Shown here: piece after piece, positions 60,226 through 64,000 of the stretch
Position numbering within the stretch: the stretch's first letter is position 1
How the letters are laid out: every line of letters starts with the position of its first letter
Source: Nymphon striatum
Lineage: Eukaryota
Length of the DNA stretch: 64,000 nt
NCBI GenBank assembly: GCA_016618385.1
Contig: JABFOP010000225.1
Span: 79,735-143,734, forward strand
Direction: 5' to 3'
Notes under the pieces: generated by a model
What the model was told of the DNA's origin: nothing
The model's input: the letters and a program-made list of their open reading frames with translations, nothing else
The model's database searches: none
Made by a program: the position numbers and the translations under genes

Positions 60226-60986
60226 CAGGGCTCGAATTTAACACTCGCACACTCGCAAATTGCGAGTGGTTTTTCAAAAATGCGAGAAGATTTTGCAAGC
60301 ACTCGCAAATTTTTGCGAGTAGAAAAAATTGAACCTCATTCTAAAACGGGATCAAAGTTGAAATAGAACAACGCCGAACTCGTGTGTGAAATTTAAGTAA
60401 CGGGTCTCGTCGTCCAATAAACACTCACTGTCCCGTTATTTTCACCTATTTCCGAGTCGCCATATGTAAATAATGACGTAAGACGAATGCCGACTCGGAC
60501 TAGTCTACGATCGTAAGGGATCGTAACTACGGTAATCTATACGCGAAAATTTGGCTATGTGCCTGTCCGATTAGATTGATGCCTGATACTTTTACTCGGT
60601 TAAAATTCAGATCTGTATTAGTTGCACTTTTATGCCTTGCTTGATAATGATAATGCACTTCAAAATGTCAGACTTATATTAGAAAGGTGTGTGGCGGTTG
60701 AAGGTATAATTAGTGCGATACGATCTCGTACGATTTCGTTTTATTTGATTTTTGTTAACCACTGATGATGGCCTAGATGGCCGAAACGTTTGTTATATTT
60801 TTATTTTTTAAAAATAAATGGCTTTAAAAACCATATCCTTGGCTTTATTAATATTCATAAACCATCAATTTTAAGCTCATTTTTGTTGCGGGTTATTTTT
60901 GCAAGTTAGTTTTCAATTTTGCGAGTTGAGATATAAGGCACTCGCAATTTTTTGCGAGTAGGAAAATAAATTAAATTTGAGCCCTG
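60226..60986. mobile_element. ~760-bp non-autonomous TIR element. TIR CAGGGCTC(G/A)AATTTAA... with internal palindromic ACTCGCAAA(T)TTTTGCGAGT subrepeats. Candidate 5-bp flanking duplication CATAT.
   Basis: CAGGGCTCGAATTTAACACTCGCACACTCGCAAATTGCGAGTGG at 60226 is inverted to ...CACTCGCAATTTTTTGCGAGTAGG...TTAAATTTGAGCCCTG ending at 60986. CATAT precedes and follows. Confidence 0.6.
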
Positions 60987-61496
60987 CATATATGAATTTA
61001 TCACATAATAGGGGCGTTTACACGATTTAATAATAGTCCTAGTGTGTAATATGAGCCCATAGTGTGTAATATGACTTTGCATAGGAATAACCTTGTTTGT
61101 CCAATCGATTTCATATTACACAGTAGTAGTGTGTAATCTATAGCCATGTGGCTCTATAGCCTATGTTATGGGATAGATTTGAAAGCCAAATATTAAAAAG
61201 CCACTTTAAATACTTTTTTAGCGTTTACATTTTAATTGACTTTCTTTTACACCACACACAATTATTTATATGGTGGGCGCATTTTACGGGTTATTATCAA
61301 AATTCACATTGTTTATAATATTTAGGAGACTAAATAGAACCTATCCGTAAGTTAACAGACATTAGCAGACGACAATACTAACGACAATACTAACTAACAA
61401 TACTAACTAATATGTCAATGTAATTGGTTCATCCAATGAAAAGTCCTTTGGCTTTATGAATGTTCAAATCAGCTGTTTTATTTATGAATGAATTTA

Positions 61497-61866
61497 GGCC
61501 AAAAAAAAAAATGTTGTGTTTCCGGTAACCCGACCGACCGTGTAATTTTACCGCCGACTGAAATTTTTTTATGATGATTCGGGAAAAACATAGTAAAATG
61601 CATGAAATGGTAAAGAAAAAACGTCACAAAACTACCTCCTAAAATGCTTTAAATAATAATCTTCTCTTTTCTCTTTTCTCTATGATGTTTGTCTAAATTA
61701 AAAGATTTAAACACTTGTATTTCTTTGAATCAAATGTAGATAGCCCTTCAAATGAAGTAAATGGTATAATTGGTGGGGGGGGATCCTAGTTAATAATAAA
61801 AAAAAAAAATAAAAAAATCGACCTGTCAAGACCGTTACCGGAAACACAGCAATTTTTTTTTTTGCC
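61497..61866. mobile_element. PIF/Harbinger-type MITE, copy 3, flanked by TTA.
   Basis: GGCCAAAAAAAAAAATGTTGTGTTTCCGGTAACCCGACCGACCG ... GACCGTTACCGGAAACACAGCAATTTTTTTTTTTGCC. TTA on both flanks. Confidence 0.75.
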
Positions 61867-64000
61867 TTATCAAAACGCCATCTATTAAGTTAAATGTTAG
61901 TCTGTTGGTGAATGGCGTCTCTTGTTTACATATATCTCAAAAGATCACACAGTTTTGTTACGATGAATGTAGAAATATACATTTTTTAAATATTCTATGT
62001 TTCAGGCTTCATTGTTATTGATATTACCAATTTCAAAATATATGCCATATTCACATATTTTCTTGTAGAACTGTTAAATATATGAAAATTAATGAGACTA
62101 TTTTTGCGCAGATTATTGTAATCTATATTATATAAACCTTATACTATAAAAGAGTTATTTGGTCAAATGGTAATGTTGAAATGCAAATTGAATCTATAAG
62201 TTGTTTTGAAATTATTTTAAATGTTTTTAAAAGGTAATGTGATAAAGAGGATATATATTTTGGGAATTTGAGTTTGTTTTTTAATTACTTACTTTGTATC
62301 GTGCCAACATAATGGTAATTCATTATTTGAACTATTGTTTTAACATTAGTTCTTGCAACATCTATCTTAGCTTTACAGCTTAGACGATAGGGTTTCACAT
62401 CTGTTCGAGGAATCGGTATATTAATTAGCACTGAAATATTGTAATGTAAGATGGGGGTTCTTCCACCAGCTGAATCTTTCCGATTGATAATTTCTTCTTC
62501 TTCTTCCAAACTTTCTAAAATTCTAAATATGAAGATTGAGGAAAACTTCGAATTAACCTTTAAGGTATCATTGGGACGATAAACTCAGTAAAGCAAACAA
62601 ACAAATCCTGGGATACCGAGGTATTAATATCTGTATTAAGTTGGTATAGACCAATTTGCAGAACTTCTTCTCAAACTAAAATAGAAATGAAGATCGATAG
62701 TTCATTTTTATTCATTCATTTGACCTTTGGAAGAAGAAAAACAAACTGCAGAATACCAACAAATGTCGAACTATTTAAAAAAAAAAAATCTATACATCAC
62801 AAAGAAAGCAGTCGGGGTTTTCTGCGTTTTTGATGTCAATCCATACATTTTCATTAATTCATCAGACCGTATAGACATTAAAATGACGAATTTAATTCTT
62901 ACAATGTAATACACTATTTTAGTATCACATATATTTTCTCTTTTTGCTGAATGATACTATTTTTCTTGTTGAACTATGAGTAATTTTTATTGTCTATGCA
63001 ATAGCAATAACCACATGTACAGTTTTGAAAGCTTCACAAAGAGACCCATTTCCACGTATGATCATTTTCATGTGACAAAAATTTCTGGAATACAATTCTA
63101 CGAACATATTACATTTTAGACTATTGCTGAATGTCCAATGATCATCATTTTTTCAGAAGGTAACATTCTTTCTGTTTCAGTATTTTCAATCCAAATGAAG
63201 TTCCAATGAATTATTTTTTTTTTTTATCTTTTTTAGATCGAATATTTATAGCAGTCAGCTGCTTTAATGTTAGGCATTATATTTCACATACATGTTTCCG
63301 AAAGACCTAAAGGCGTAACAATCCATTGTATGGCTGGATATATTTGTTGGTAATGGTAAAATATTATGGGTTTTTAATGTCGGTACAAGAATATAAATAC
63401 CATTCAAATAACTTGGTCTGGCATATCTCAGGTCTGTTTCAGAATTATTAGTCAGCTGCATCTCATCCCATCTAAGACTAAAATGAATAGTTTCATTTTT
63501 ACTGTTGGAGTTTTGTGCATCTTTGGTAGGGAGTTCAGTCAGCCAGCGTAATGGCATCACATCGGTGGCGAATCTCTCATATATACCTATTTTTTAGGCG
63601 CCAAGTTATCCCATAAAAAAAAAGTTTTTAGCATTTATATTTTGATTAGATATAAAGAAGAGGTGTATATTTTAAATAAAATATGTTTAGTTAAGCTACG
63701 ATGTGTTTGGGTTGCTTAATTTTGTATCTGAACTGAGCGAATGTTCCGCGCGTGATCGCTGCACGGCACCATAAATAGGCAACATTTTACGGAGATACCC
63801 TATTTCGTGTGTTAATTCGCAGGTCTTTCGAACCACAAAACCTATCGTGTGATACATAGAATTCTTCAGAATTCCCAGCAGAATGACGTAGAAGTTGCCT
63901 GTTTTTCGTATCTGTCTTCTGCGGGAAAATACAAGTATTACAACATGTTTTGTTACTTGGGAGGCCGAGGTGAGTAGATTTTCTATGTCCGAATTTATTT

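Noticed and set aside
1-64000. A prokaryotic-style defence or other multi-gene system
   Set aside because: There are no operon-like arrays of long ORFs, no RBS-coupled genes and no prokaryotic signatures. All long ORFs are transposon-derived fragments. I report none rather than force one.

Overview
This 64-kb window looks like nuclear DNA from a eukaryote, most plausibly an invertebrate metazoan. It is AT-rich, has long poly-A/T and G runs and many microsatellites, and no dense gene packing. I see no prokaryote-style operons, CRISPR arrays or rRNA.

The window is a transposon and satellite landscape. It contains:
- a ~10-kb tandem satellite array (~36.3-46.5 kb) built from ~285-300-bp monomers with nested higher-order structure;
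- a family of SINEs with a tRNA-derived head whose 3' tail matches the 3' end of an RTE-like LINE; that LINE tail is also present on its own in several places;
- two Tc1-like transposase pseudogenes, a mariner-like fragment, several LINE reverse-transcriptase and tail fragments, and at least six families of MITE or foldback elements, including a PIF/Harbinger type, a Tc1/mariner type (TA duplications) and a piggyBac type (TTAA duplications);
- a 2.5-kb long-inverted-repeat element that carries the N-terminal end of a piggyBac-type transposase and sits inside a SINE;
- a 494-bp inverted-repeat pair 11.4 kb apart;
- a ~190-bp near-perfect palindrome.

Both ends of the window carry copies of one element type: an ORF ending in a CXC-like Cys-rich motif and an acidic (GAT)n-encoded tail, followed by tandem subterminal repeats.

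Likely host-gene sequence is sparse. There is a Ser-rich exon candidate on the minus strand at 7.9-9.0 kb, and two promoter-like motif clusters (a CCAAT-TATA module and a CRE/ATF cluster with a TATA box).

I found no self-contained new biological system in the prokaryotic sense. The second looks worth taking are the satellite architecture, the TIR element with a piggyBac-like remnant, the CXC-domain element, and the palindrome.
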